Positions 11,001-20,026 of a stretch of 64,000 bases of DNA are shown in pieces. Position numbers and translations under genes: made by a program. Under the pieces are notes generated by a model. The model was given only the letters and a program-made list of their open reading frames with translations, was not told the origin of the DNA and made no database searches. Position 1 is the first letter of the stretch. Each line of letters begins with the position of its first letter. The DNA comes from an uncultured Pseudomonadales bacterium. Lineage in GTDB: Bacteria; Patescibacteriota; Microgenomatia; UBA1400; CAYXSR01. The stretch lies in assembly GCA_964467735.1 (NCBI GenBank), contig CAYXSR010000002.1:51885-115884 (forward strand). The letters run 5' to 3'.

Positions 11001-11149
11001 CTTATATAAGTCCAAGTATGTGAAATCCCAAACAAAGGAAGCTTGGGATAAATAGGAATAAAGATAAAATAGATAAAAATTCCTATTGGTAAAAGCCAGC
11101 GATCAAAAGCCCCTAATAATCTGATGATAAATTTGTCTTTTTGCATCAT
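8072..11149 (-). CDS. Fusion of an N-terminal O-antigen ligase/oligosaccharyltransferase-like (Wzy_C) domain and a C-terminal TMTC/PMT-like GT-C domain
   Basis: N-half: RITSTFGGHYDLAAYL, LLLTASRVS, R...WPRAINAF, TGSGYS, DNSYLRTLGETGLLG. C-half: YFIGDDF, FYRP, GYHATSIIIH, ETVVWSSG, ALFSHES, RYNY. Confidence 0.75.
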   Translation of the reverse strand: MMQKDKFIIRLLGAFDRWLLPIGIFIYFIFIPIYPKLPLFGISHTWTYIRIEDLLVAFLTIIFLAKVVRNRDRLRTPLTGAIFIYWLVGLLSTVVALIFLAPHLANFFPNVSILHYLRRIEYIIPFFFVYTTVKENNKLIKFYLVAIIIGLVGVIIYGFGQKFMGLPAYLTMNEEFAKGIPLRLGPNNRITSTFGGHYDLAAYLVLMLSLFGALFFGIKNKLAKIFYFILFIGAYELLLLTASRVSFLVYLLAISLVLVLLKQKKFIIPVILISFFLSNSVGQMSERLSKTFRVENVVYDKVTGKPIAKLEDIEKLGKVITEEDEVAEEDLPLGTGFIALPPTSLEDSPAATSVAVIKKKIATPLYETLEVATKASEIATISGSFLIQKALVYDISFTTRFQGTWPRAINAFKRNILTGSGYSSISLATDNSYLRTLGETGLLGLLSFLSIFLLIYFWTKKAFSSIKDSFFKSMAAGILGGIFGVAINALMIDIFEASKVAFTVWPLIGILMGIFISFNSSRKIDLKRNIEQFITSPFILFIFICIVGLLLYSGSLNNYFIGDDFTWLKWGANFSFKDIYLPFIDAAGFFYRPIGKIYFFLLYSIFWLKPFGYHATSIIIHLFTALGVFLLTRKYTGRKLTAFLAALFFTIIPSQIETVVWSSGIMIALSALFTIWGLYFWFRFLQTNKSFERIIFLILISILGLLALFSHESGIVFPLLCLLVFLFSKKDKRDFIFVLLFGAEAAFYLFMRLIASSHWLSGDYNYNFLKLPINFVGNLFGYLGLTILGTEFLPFYQNLRGFWREHIFWFVIILIFITVIILKLKKRLNVKLSKVYIDGKIIFFFFSLSFISLLPFLGLGNISIRYNYLASFGFSAILAFVLVSFVYRVRRYKIRMVFLILTSLFLSIYFIKLTIRQLQQWSKASDISYTTLRALKDNYLEFPEGATLCFVNVPIKYENAWVFPVGLEDALWFIYRDQTLGVVKVSELESAKDYKKSTLPTYVFVFDEQNNLKEYLGDEIIEVNE

Positions 11150-11996
11150 TTTTAAGTATAGCAGAAAAAATAATTCTATTTAGAATCCCAATTTTTAAAA
11201 TTATTCTAGCAATAAATTTCTGAAAAGATGATCTGTGTTTGTTGAAAAAATAAATTATTCCTCCAATTTCATTTGAGATTGCTCTTGCCAACCATTCCCT
11301 GCTCAACCCTTGTCTGAAGTGAATTATCTTGATAAATGGAAGGTAAAAAATCCTTATTCCTTTGTCTTTTGCCCGATAACATAAATCTACCTCTTCCATG
11401 TGCATAAAAATTTTTTCATCAAATCCTCCTAGCCTGTTAAAAACTGATTTCTTCATCAATAAAAAAGCTCCTGTCACCCAATCTACTTCTCTTTCTTTAT
11501 TATAAAAAGTTCTATTCTCCTGATGAAATGGTTTCAAAAATAAATTAAGAATAGGAATATCATCAATAAAAAAAGCCCAGTAAAAAAGGTTTTTTAATGA
11601 GGGAAAAAACCCTGCTGACGGCTGAATTGTCTTGTTTTTATTAAAGATTTGACAACCAATAATTGCCTCCTGTTTAAAGTTATAAATCCATTCTATTGTT
11701 TGCTTAAAATTATCACTCAATACCTCCGTATCAGAGTTCAAGAATAATAAATATTTTCCTTTTGCTTTTTTTGCTGCCTGATTATTAGCTATACCAAAAC
11801 CAACATTTTCTTTATTTTCAATAATTTTCACTTTGGGGAATAATTTCTTTGTCTTTCTAACAGAATTGTCAGAAGAATTATTATCAACTATTATCAGTTC
11901 AAAATTAACCGATTTTATCTTTTCAAAAATCGATCTTAAACAATTTTCTAAAATTGTCTCAGTATTATAGGAAACAATTATTATTGAAAGAAGCAT
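11103..11996 (-). CDS. GT2 glycosyltransferase (WbbL-like)
   Basis: Start moved to the ATG at 11996 (MLLSIIIVSYN), 1 nt after the upstream stop. VDNNSSD, FLNSD, GGFDEKIFMHMEEVD. Confidence 0.9.
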   Translation of the reverse strand: MLLSIIIVSYNTETILENCLRSIFEKIKSVNFELIIVDNNSSDNSVRKTKKLFPKVKIIENKENVGFGIANNQAAKKAKGKYLLFLNSDTEVLSDNFKQTIEWIYNFKQEAIIGCQIFNKNKTIQPSAGFFPSLKNLFYWAFFIDDIPILNLFLKPFHQENRTFYNKEREVDWVTGAFLLMKKSVFNRLGGFDEKIFMHMEEVDLCYRAKDKGIRIFYLPFIKIIHFRQGLSREWLARAISNEIGGIIYFFNKHRSSFQKFIARIILKIGILNRIIFSAILKNDAKRQIYHQIIRGF

Positions 11997-11997
11997 G

Positions 11998-12591
11998 TTA
12001 TTGAAATAATCTTGGCCTGCCCAAACGATAATTAAGATTAACTGCCTTTCTTTTTCTGATTGGTTTCGCTGGAACACCACCAACAACAGTCATTTCTGGA
12101 ATATCTTTAGTGACTACTGCACCAGCCGCTACGACAGCTCCTCTGCCAATTTTTATTCCGGGTAAAATTATTACTCTGGGACCAATAAAAACATAGTCTT
12201 CAATTAGAACTTGTTCTTCTGTGGCATGAAAGTCTTCAGAATCAATATTATGTTCTGAATTATAAATTAAAACCTGTGAGGCAATATCAACATGGTTCCC
12301 AATTTTTATCTTTGCCCTTCCATCCAAAAAACAATGATCACCAATAATTGTGTCTTCACCAATCTCTATAGCAAGGGGCTTAAAAAAATTTGCCCACATA
12401 TGAATCGTTGAACCACTGCCAATTTTAACTCCGGCTATAGTATAAAACAACCTTCTAACACAATGAGAAGGAATAAATCCTACCCAGCGCAACAACATTA
12501 ACTCAAAATCAAGCCAGCAATTATAAAAACGATTAAGAATTCTTAAATAAATTTCCTTATTTGTTAATTCTCTGCCTATTTTGTCTTTCAT
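11998..12591 (-). CDS. Hexapeptide-repeat (LbH) O-acyltransferase
   Basis: IGSGSTI, IGEDTIIG, IEDYVFIG, IGRGAVVAAGAVVTKD, GGVPAK. Confidence 0.9.
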   Translation of the reverse strand: MKDKIGRELTNKEIYLRILNRFYNCWLDFELMLLRWVGFIPSHCVRRLFYTIAGVKIGSGSTIHMWANFFKPLAIEIGEDTIIGDHCFLDGRAKIKIGNHVDIASQVLIYNSEHNIDSEDFHATEEQVLIEDYVFIGPRVIILPGIKIGRGAVVAAGAVVTKDIPEMTVVGGVPAKPIRKRKAVNLNYRLGRPRLFQ

Positions 12592-13681
12592 AAAACTCTA
12601 TTAACTCTTCTAATACTAATTCTGCTGATCTTCGCCAGGAAAACTTTTTAAACTGCTTAAAACCATTATTTATCAACTTTTTTCTCTCGGCTTCATTTAA
12701 TTTTAACACTTTGGCTAACGCTTGCGCAATTGAATCTACATCTTGGGGGTTATCTATATAAATTGCTGCCTTATCGGCTACCTCAGGCAAACTGGCAACC
12801 CGAGAACAAACTACCAATGTTCCTACCGCCATTGCTTCCAGAATCGGAATACCAAAGCCTTCCCATAAAGAAGGCAAAACTAATGCCCTTGCATCAGCAA
12901 TTAATTGTTGTTTTTCTTTCTCCTTTGTAAACCCAGTGAAAACAATTCTTTTTTCTAGTTTTAATTTTTTAACAAGTTTAAAAATATCTTTATACAACCA
13001 GCCTTTTTTTCCAACAATCATAAGTTTGAACTCTTTTTTATCTAACTTATTAAAAGCCTCTATCAATCTTTTGATGTTTTTACTTGGTTTTAAGGTTCCT
13101 ACATAAATAAAATAATCTTTCTTTTGTTGTGATTTTATATTTATTTTTTTTCCATATACGCCTGGATAAATCACAATTATTTTTTCATTATCAATCTTAT
13201 AATTCTTCACTATATCCCTTTTGCTAAATTCAGATATGGTAATAATTTTTGCCGCTTTTTTTGTTGATTTTTTTGTCCAATATTTAAGCTGAAAATAGTC
13301 CTTTTTGGTAAATTGTTCTGGCCAACGCAAAAAACCAAGATCCATAATTGAAATTACAAAAGGAATTGGTGAAAAAGCAGGCCCATAATGAGAAGGACTG
13401 AAAAGAATATCTGGCCGTGGTCGTCCCAAAAAAAGTCTTTTTACCAAACCTGTCAAGGTCCAAAGTTTTTTCGGACCAAAAACTTCATACTGCCACCATT
13501 CAGTCGAAGGGGGAAAGTCCGGTAAAGGATCAGAATTCAAAAAAATTCTAAAATTTAAATATTGATAATTTCTACTGTTTTTTCTCAGTTGATAAATATT
13601 ATTTAAAAGCTCAAAGCTGAATTGGTTGACACCTACTCTTTTGCCTACATTAGCCTCATTAGCATCAATAGCAATTAACAT
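12557..13681 (-). CDS. GT4 glycosyltransferase (MtfB-like)
   Basis: IAIDANEAN, YVGTLKPSKN, EGFGIPILEAMAVG. Confidence 0.92.
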   Translation of the reverse strand: MLIAIDANEANVGKRVGVNQFSFELLNNIYQLRKNSRNYQYLNFRIFLNSDPLPDFPPSTEWWQYEVFGPKKLWTLTGLVKRLFLGRPRPDILFSPSHYGPAFSPIPFVISIMDLGFLRWPEQFTKKDYFQLKYWTKKSTKKAAKIITISEFSKRDIVKNYKIDNEKIIVIYPGVYGKKINIKSQQKKDYFIYVGTLKPSKNIKRLIEAFNKLDKKEFKLMIVGKKGWLYKDIFKLVKKLKLEKRIVFTGFTKEKEKQQLIADARALVLPSLWEGFGIPILEAMAVGTLVVCSRVASLPEVADKAAIYIDNPQDVDSIAQALAKVLKLNEAERKKLINNGFKQFKKFSWRRSAELVLEELIEFYERQNRQRINK

Positions 13682-14745
13682 CTAATTGCCTCCATGTATG
13701 CTTTTAGCGTATTTTCAGCGGTTTGTCTCCAAGTAAACTTTTTTACTTGAGTTTTTCCTTCTTTTATTAACTTAGTCCTTAAATCCTTTTTTTCTAAAAC
13801 CTTTTCAATTGCTCTAGTAATGCTATTAGTTGACAAAGGATCTATTAGAATAGCCGCTTTACCAGCTAGTTCTGGTAAGCTTGATAAATTAGAAGTAATC
13901 ACTGGGCAACTAGCAGCCATGGCTTCTAATATTGGCAAACCAAAACCTTCATAAAGACTTGGGTAAACAAAAACTTTTGCATGTTTATATAACAACTTGA
14001 GTGTTTCCTCTGGTACAAAACCCAAAATATTTATTTGTTCGTTTTTAAAATTTAATTGTTTATTCCCCCATCCATATTTTCCAGCAATTACTAATTTTAC
14101 GTTTTTGTTTTTCTTTATTACTACTCGAAAAGCATTAATTAACCTTTTTAAATTCTTTCGTGGCTCTCTTGTTCCAACAGTTAAAATATAATCACCTTCT
14201 ACTAAAGACTCTCCTTCTGCTTTATTTTCTTCTACACCAAGATAAATCACTTTAATTTTCTTTTTAGGAATACCAATAATTTTAATTAAATCTTCTTTTG
14301 TCGAATAGGAATCAGCAATAATCAAATCGGCCTCTTTTTTAACCCACCTCATTCTTCTCTTATGAGTTTCAACAATTTTAGGATGAAGGGTTTGGGGATA
14401 CTTCCAGGGAGTTAAATCATGAACTGTGGTCACTAGTCGAGTTTTTTTTACTGGCGGTTGTGTCCAATCAGAACAATGGAAAATATCAATCTTTCCAATA
14501 AAGTTCTCAATTGGAAAGATATGAAATCTATTCCATAAAATATCTAACAAAGAAGGCGGTAGACCAAACTTTTTAATTTCTGCTCTAGAAAAATTCTCAT
14601 TTAGTTTTCTTCTTAATGAAGAAAAAAATAAAACATAATCATTTTCTTTATCTATCTTAAGCAGGTATTCCACTAATTTAGCTGTATAACGTGCTACCCC
14701 TGTTCCTTGATAAATAATTTGGCTTATATCAATTCCTATTCTCAT
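13675..14745 (-). CDS. GT4 glycosyltransferase (MtfB-like)
   Basis: TGVARY, TTVHDL, VGTREPRKN, EGFGLPILEAMAASCPV. Confidence 0.92.
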   Translation of the reverse strand: MRIGIDISQIIYQGTGVARYTAKLVEYLLKIDKENDYVLFFSSLRRKLNENFSRAEIKKFGLPPSLLDILWNRFHIFPIENFIGKIDIFHCSDWTQPPVKKTRLVTTVHDLTPWKYPQTLHPKIVETHKRRMRWVKKEADLIIADSYSTKEDLIKIIGIPKKKIKVIYLGVEENKAEGESLVEGDYILTVGTREPRKNLKRLINAFRVVIKKNKNVKLVIAGKYGWGNKQLNFKNEQINILGFVPEETLKLLYKHAKVFVYPSLYEGFGLPILEAMAASCPVITSNLSSLPELAGKAAILIDPLSTNSITRAIEKVLEKKDLRTKLIKEGKTQVKKFTWRQTAENTLKAYMEAIRC

Positions 14746-14972
14746 TGTTTGTTTTTATTGAGATTTATAATTTCGAAAACTAAAAATACTATAAAAAAAG
14801 CAACTGCATACCAAGTTAGACGTTGGGCGGTAAAAAAGATTTTTAAATAGAATAAAAACATTGCTATAAGCAGAAAAGATAGACCAGCTAAAACCAAAAG
14901 TTTTCTTTGTTTTACAAAAATCAACAACCAAAGAAAAATTAATAAAAAGATGGTATCTTGAATCTTCATCAT
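14742..14972 (-). CDS. Small hydrophobic membrane protein (about 3 TM), function unknown
   Basis: 76 aa, almost entirely hydrophobic. Its stop overlaps the next start (ATGA). First gene of the left minus-strand run. Confidence 0.7.
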   Translation of the reverse strand: MMKIQDTIFLLIFLWLLIFVKQRKLLVLAGLSFLLIAMFLFYLKIFFTAQRLTWYAVAFFIVFLVFEIINLNKNKQ

Positions 14973-14998
14973 AGTCTAATTATTATTATATACAAAAG
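14973..14998. promoter_or_regulatory. 26-bp divergent spacer with overlapping -10-like hexamers
   Basis: TATAAT on the minus strand (14990-14985) and TATTAT on the plus strand (14984-14989) lie between two divergent ATGs. The AT-rich context weakens the call. Confidence 0.4.
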
Positions 14999-16411
14999 AT
15001 GATAAAAAGTGTGGATTTTAAAAAATTAATTATTCTCTGGATTTTATTGCTATCTGTTTTGTATAGCCTGCTTTCTATTTTACGACATGATCATTTTCAG
15101 TCAGGAGGTTTTGATCTGGGTCTTTTTGATCAAACTGTTTGGCAGTATTCCCGCTTCCTTTATCCTTATAATACAATTAAAGATCGTTTTATTCTAGGCG
15201 ATCATTTTACGCCAATATTAACTCTTTTATCGCCTTTATATTGGCTTTGGAGCAACGTCCGACTGCTTTTAATATTTCAAGCATTTTGGATCAGTTTTTC
15301 CACATTTGCAATTTTCAAGATTGCTAAATTAAAAAAAATGTCCAGCTTTACAGCTTTTGCAGTTAGCTTTAGCTACAGTATTTTTTATGGCATCCAACAA
15401 GCAGTTTTTTTTGACTTTCATCCGGTAGTTATCGGTGTTGGCCTATTATCATGGCTTGCTTATTTTTGGCTAGCTGACAAAAAAAAGCTATTTTATGCCA
15501 CTTTAGTACTTTTATTCTTAACCCAAGAAAATATGGGGATCGGTCTTGCTTGCTTAAGCCTTATTTTTTTCTTCGAGAAAAACCAGCAAAAAAAAGCATT
15601 AACAATGTTTATCTCAGGAATTGCTATTAGTCTAATAGAAGCTAAAATTATTAGCCGTTTCTCTCCTGTAGGATTCCAATATCAACCTGAAATAAACCTC
15701 AACCTAATCAAAATAGCTACTGATTTATTTAACAGCGAGGAAAAAAGACAAGTCTGGCTTTATTCCTTAAGCTGGTTTTCCTTTTTACCTTTACTTTCAC
15801 CTGGTTCCTTAATGGCAGTAATTGCTGATTTAGCACAATATTTTGTTACCGGCCCAGAATTTCAAAGAATGTGGAGCCCATTTATGCACCACCGTATCAC
15901 TCTATCGCTTTTTTTAATTTTAGGAGTAATCCAAGTTTTAAATTACCGTTTTTTTAAAAAATGGCGGTTTTGGCTATCATTGATAATCTTATCAACTAGC
16001 ATCTTTTGCCAGTACTACTTCCATTTTCCCTTAAATAAATTAAGCAAAAGTATTTATTGGAAAAAAGAATTTTGGATGGATGATAATAAAGAAATGTTTA
16101 GTCAAATTTCCTCTGATGTTAGTATTGCCACTCAACAGAATTTAGTACCTCATTTGTCCCAAAGAAAAGAAATCTACCTAATCTGGCCAAGGATGCATAA
16201 GGTTGATAATTTTTGTGAGAACTGCTGGTGGTTAGATTTTGCAGGAAAACCAGAATATTTGCTTGTTGACTTAAGACCCAACCAATGGTTAACCCAACTT
16301 CTTGAAAGTAATGAAAATTTTAAACAGGCAGTTAATAATATGAAAAAAGCAGGAAAAATTGAGTTCAATAGAAAAATTAATAATATTTATCTTTATAACA
16401 TTAACTATTAA
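14999..16411 (+). CDS. DUF2079-like polytopic membrane protein (probable GT-C)
   Basis: FDLGLFDQTVW, LGDHFTPIL..LSPLYW, LLIFQA, FDFHP, TQEN, and LVPHLSQR near the C-terminus. Confidence 0.75.
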   Translation: MIKSVDFKKLIILWILLLSVLYSLLSILRHDHFQSGGFDLGLFDQTVWQYSRFLYPYNTIKDRFILGDHFTPILTLLSPLYWLWSNVRLLLIFQAFWISFSTFAIFKIAKLKKMSSFTAFAVSFSYSIFYGIQQAVFFDFHPVVIGVGLLSWLAYFWLADKKKLFYATLVLLFLTQENMGIGLACLSLIFFFEKNQQKKALTMFISGIAISLIEAKIISRFSPVGFQYQPEINLNLIKIATDLFNSEEKRQVWLYSLSWFSFLPLLSPGSLMAVIADLAQYFVTGPEFQRMWSPFMHHRITLSLFLILGVIQVLNYRFFKKWRFWLSLIILSTSIFCQYYFHFPLNKLSKSIYWKKEFWMDDNKEMFSQISSDVSIATQQNLVPHLSQRKEIYLIWPRMHKVDNFCENCWWLDFAGKPEYLLVDLRPNQWLTQLLESNENFKQAVNNMKKAGKIEFNRKINNIYLYNINY

Positions 16412-17641
16412 ATGAAAAAGAAAGTTCTATTTCAGGTTTTGTTCTTTTTATTTGTACTAATTATATATCTTTTTATAGCGGGAAAGGCCAATTGGCAGTT
16501 TAAAAAAAGTAATTTTCCCTATTTTAATTATCTAGCTGATTCTCTTTTGCAACAAAAATGGGATTTGGTCAATCCTCCTGCAAGCCGTTATGATTTAAGT
16601 CAATATCAAGGTAGGGTCTACCTTTATTGGGGTCCCTTACCGGCAATAACAATAATACCTTTAATTTTTATCTTCGGAAAAAACACAAGTGATTTTATTT
16701 ATACTGCTTGTTTTGGTTCCTTAAATGCCCTGCTTTTAACTTTTGTCTTATCAAAACTAAACCAGCTTCTTAAAAACAAACTAAGTTTTGTAAATATTTT
16801 CCTGTTAACTGTTTTTTTTGCCTTTGGGACTGTAAACTTTGCTGTTTCTGTTGTCGGTAGAGTCTGGTTTACTTCTCAGGTTATTTCTTTGACTGTTTTT
16901 CTAATCTCTTTGTACTTTTTGCTTGATTATTTATTTTCAAAAAAGAACATCAAGTTTATTTTGGCAACTTGTTTTCTTATGACTGCTGGTTTTGGCCGAC
17001 TGACCTATTTACTTTATCTACCTATGTTTGTCTTGTCTTTATTTTTTACAAAACCATTTAATAAAAAGAAAGTAATTACCAACAGCTTTTTCCTGATATT
17101 TTTTATTATATCTTTTTTTGCATTATATGGTTTTTACAATTATAAAAGGTTCCAAAATCCATTTGAAACTGGTTATAATTTTCAAGCAGAAAGAAATGAT
17201 TTTACGAAATTAAGGAAAAATTATGGCAGATATAATATTATTTATTTAGTTCAAAATATTAAGTATCAGCTAATAAATCCTCTTCTGTTTGAAAACAAGT
17301 TTCCTTTTATTAAACCAAACTTAAAAGGAAACGGTATTTTTATCACCTCTCCTCTGTTTTTACTTTTGGTTTTTTATATAAAAAAAGTGCTGAAAAACAA
17401 ATATAATATTTTGTTAATAAGCGGCGTCTTACCAATCTTTACTCAACTTATGCTTTTTTATGGCACCGGAGAATCACAGTTTGGCGCCCGTTATTTATTA
17501 GATTTAATTCCCTTGTTAATCTTAATATTAGCTACTTTTATAGAAACAGTCTCTAAAAAAGTCTTTTTACCTTTATTTGCGGTTTCCGTTATTATTTCGA
17601 CTTTAGGTGCAGTCTGGTTTTCAATATATAAACAGTGGTAA
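16412..17641 (+). CDS. Polytopic membrane protein, putative GT-C
   Basis: About 10 TM; YFNYLADS, DLSQYQGRVYLYWGPLPA, YNYKRFQNPFETGY, QFGARYLLD. Confidence 0.6.
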   Translation: MKKKVLFQVLFFLFVLIIYLFIAGKANWQFKKSNFPYFNYLADSLLQQKWDLVNPPASRYDLSQYQGRVYLYWGPLPAITIIPLIFIFGKNTSDFIYTACFGSLNALLLTFVLSKLNQLLKNKLSFVNIFLLTVFFAFGTVNFAVSVVGRVWFTSQVISLTVFLISLYFLLDYLFSKKNIKFILATCFLMTAGFGRLTYLLYLPMFVLSLFFTKPFNKKKVITNSFFLIFFIISFFALYGFYNYKRFQNPFETGYNFQAERNDFTKLRKNYGRYNIIYLVQNIKYQLINPLLFENKFPFIKPNLKGNGIFITSPLFLLLVFYIKKVLKNKYNILLISGVLPIFTQLMLFYGTGESQFGARYLLDLIPLLILILATFIETVSKKVFLPLFAVSVIISTLGAVWFSIYKQW

Positions 17642-19649
17642 TAAAAACGGTAAGCATTGATATTAAAAATAAAATATTTATTATTTTCTGAAGCTTATAT
17701 TCAATAACAATCTCATTATTTCCAATTTGCTCTATAAAAAAGGAGTTTAGCTTATTTCTTTCTTTTGACCTAATTATTTTATCGTTAATCTTTGCTTCCC
17801 AGTTTTCGTCAAAACTTTCAGAAAATACCAAATCAACAGGCTCTTTATTGTTAATCTTAACAATATATTTGGTACTGTTTACCATTTGAAAGCTTAGATT
17901 AGAGTTCGAATCAGTCCAAAATAGTCCTCTAGGTGGATTCTCCAAAGAAAAAACTTTTAATTTCTCAAAACCTTCTATTGGCTTATAAAAACCAGTTTGC
18001 GTAATAAAATTAATTAGCTTTTGTCTTGCTTGCTCATCATATTGTCTTTCTTTAACGAATATCTCTCCTTCTGTATCAAATGGAACAATCAAATATTTAA
18101 CATTCAATTCCTGAAAAATCTTTAAAACCTCCTTATTTGCTAAATAAGAAAAATCGGCCGGGTAACAGTGCTCATTCTCTGGACATTGAAAGTATTCCTT
18201 GTCTAAATTGCTTATTTTTAAACTGCAAAATGGATCCTCACAATAATCGTCAATTGTCCAAAAGTCAGCAGACATTACGGGGTGTTCATCGTCGTAATAG
18301 GTAAATCGCTGGGTTGAAGGTAACCAAAAGGTACGAAAACTAGCATCTTTAGAAATAATAAAATCCTTAAATTTTACATAATCATTCGACACTGAAGAAA
18401 GAATCAGGGATTTTTTTATATTTCCTTTTATTGCCGGCATTAGAATAATAATAAAAATTGAAATAAAAACAACGCCAGCATTAAGAACATTTTTCTTCCC
18501 CATCCTTCTGTCTAAGTTGTAAATTGTCCAAGGAATAAGCATGGAATAACCCAAACAAATCAAACTATAAAACTTTGTTGGATCACGAAACATATTCATG
18601 CCGGGAATATACTTAAATAAAAATAAGTAAATTTTTCCAAAGGGTTCATTTATTCCTTTTGAAAAAAAAATACCAACAATCGCTAGACAAGCAAAAAAGA
18701 GTACCATTTTTTTTACTTGTCTTTGTTTATTAATAAATAGAAGTGAACTAAAAATAAGCAATGGAAAAACTATAAATAAGGGATTAATCATGCTTATTTT
18801 ACCGAAGATATTTTCATACCAGTTAGGGTGGAATAGAGACAATGATGAACTAAGATCAGCAAAAGAAAAAAACTTTAGCGCTTCTTTGCTTGTATATACT
18901 TGATTACTAATATCAACACCCGTGGAACCACTAATTAATATTGGAACAATCCAAAAAGAATGAATAAAAAAGGCAATCATAAAAACAAAAGCAAATATTT
19001 TCAAAAACTTTATAACTGTTTTTTTTGACTGTCTTATGTTAACAAAAATATTGAATAGAAAAAAAGAAAATATTATAAACAACAGCAAGTAAGCAAAGCG
19101 CAGATCAAAAATAATCATTAAAGAAAAAGCAAGGGAAAAAAATATTATATAATCTACTTTTGATTTTTCATACGCTAATAAGAATAATAAAAAAGCAAAA
19201 GGCAAAAAAGAATAAGCCAAAAAAACACTTGTCTGACCACCAGAAACTATCATCAAAAAATAACTATTTAATCCATAAATCAAAGAGCTAAAGAATGCAT
19301 AATTGTTATTTTTAAATATTTTTTTATAAAGATAAAAAGGGCCAATAAAGGAAAAAATAAGTGCTGGGAAAAACCAGATTATTCTCTCAACAATAGCAAA
19401 GCTTAAAAACTTACCCAGAAATCCCATTGGAATTAAATAATAATAAGGAGCCAAAAAGAAAAAAGTTCTTCCCCCCAATCCACCGTTTCTAAAGGTTTCC
19501 CAAGCAGGCGGAAACCTGAAATAATTAACTAAATTTTCCTTAAAAAAATAGTTTAAATCTCCACTTACAATTGGAATATTTATCTTCAGTAGCCAATGTC
19601 TAAAGATAAATATAAAAAGAAAAGCTACTATTATTTTTAAATATCTCAT
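17592..19649 (-). CDS. YfhO/AftD-like polytopic GT-C protein with extracellular domain and C-terminal TM
   Basis: SGD loop, KGINEPFG..Y..LF..IPG..MFRDPTKF, FRTFWLP, NSTKY..LVFSESFDENW..IEY. Confidence 0.65.
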   Translation of the reverse strand: MRYLKIIVAFLFIFIFRHWLLKINIPIVSGDLNYFFKENLVNYFRFPPAWETFRNGGLGGRTFFFLAPYYYLIPMGFLGKFLSFAIVERIIWFFPALIFSFIGPFYLYKKIFKNNNYAFFSSLIYGLNSYFLMIVSGGQTSVFLAYSFLPFAFLLFLLAYEKSKVDYIIFFSLAFSLMIIFDLRFAYLLLFIIFSFFLFNIFVNIRQSKKTVIKFLKIFAFVFMIAFFIHSFWIVPILISGSTGVDISNQVYTSKEALKFFSFADLSSSLSLFHPNWYENIFGKISMINPLFIVFPLLIFSSLLFINKQRQVKKMVLFFACLAIVGIFFSKGINEPFGKIYLFLFKYIPGMNMFRDPTKFYSLICLGYSMLIPWTIYNLDRRMGKKNVLNAGVVFISIFIIILMPAIKGNIKKSLILSSVSNDYVKFKDFIISKDASFRTFWLPSTQRFTYYDDEHPVMSADFWTIDDYCEDPFCSLKISNLDKEYFQCPENEHCYPADFSYLANKEVLKIFQELNVKYLIVPFDTEGEIFVKERQYDEQARQKLINFITQTGFYKPIEGFEKLKVFSLENPPRGLFWTDSNSNLSFQMVNSTKYIVKINNKEPVDLVFSESFDENWEAKINDKIIRSKERNKLNSFFIEQIGNNEIVIEYKLQKIINILFLISMLTVFITTVYILKTRLHLKSK

Positions 19650-20026
19650 TTATGAAATCGAAGTTTACTTTTAACAAAAATCAACAATTCATTGATTATC
19701 CATTTGCAAAGACCAAGACTTATAAAAATAAACTCCCAAACTGCAAAAGCTTCGGCCAACCTTTCTCTTTTGGTTATTAAAACAAAAGGAACAGGAATTA
19801 GGAAAAAAATTGCGATTAAGAAAAACCATCTTTCTTCGAAAGATAAAACATAAAAAATTAAAAGCCAATATAAAAAAACAAAAGCAGTAAAAGAACTATT
19901 CAATCCTCTAAAAATAAAAACACCTGCCAAAGATAAAAGGAAACCAGCCAATATGGCTGCTATTCTTATTTTGTTGTTTTTTCTTAAACCTTTAAGAACT
20001 GTATTAATCTTCTTTATTTTATTCAT
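19646..20026 (-). CDS. Small membrane protein (about 4 TM), function unknown
   Basis: 126 aa, hydrophobic, overlaps both neighbours. Confidence 0.7.
   Translation of the reverse strand: MNKIKKINTVLKGLRKNNKIRIAAILAGFLLSLAGVFIFRGLNSSFTAFVFLYWLLIFYVLSFEERWFFLIAIFFLIPVPFVLITKRERLAEAFAVWEFIFISLGLCKWIINELLIFVKSKLRFHK

Noticed and set aside
11997-12086. Longer N-termini in the ORF track (also 31072-31116, 32247-32267, 54540-54563)
   Set aside because: They overlap upstream genes, and downstream ATGs give canonical family N-termini with stop-start coupling.
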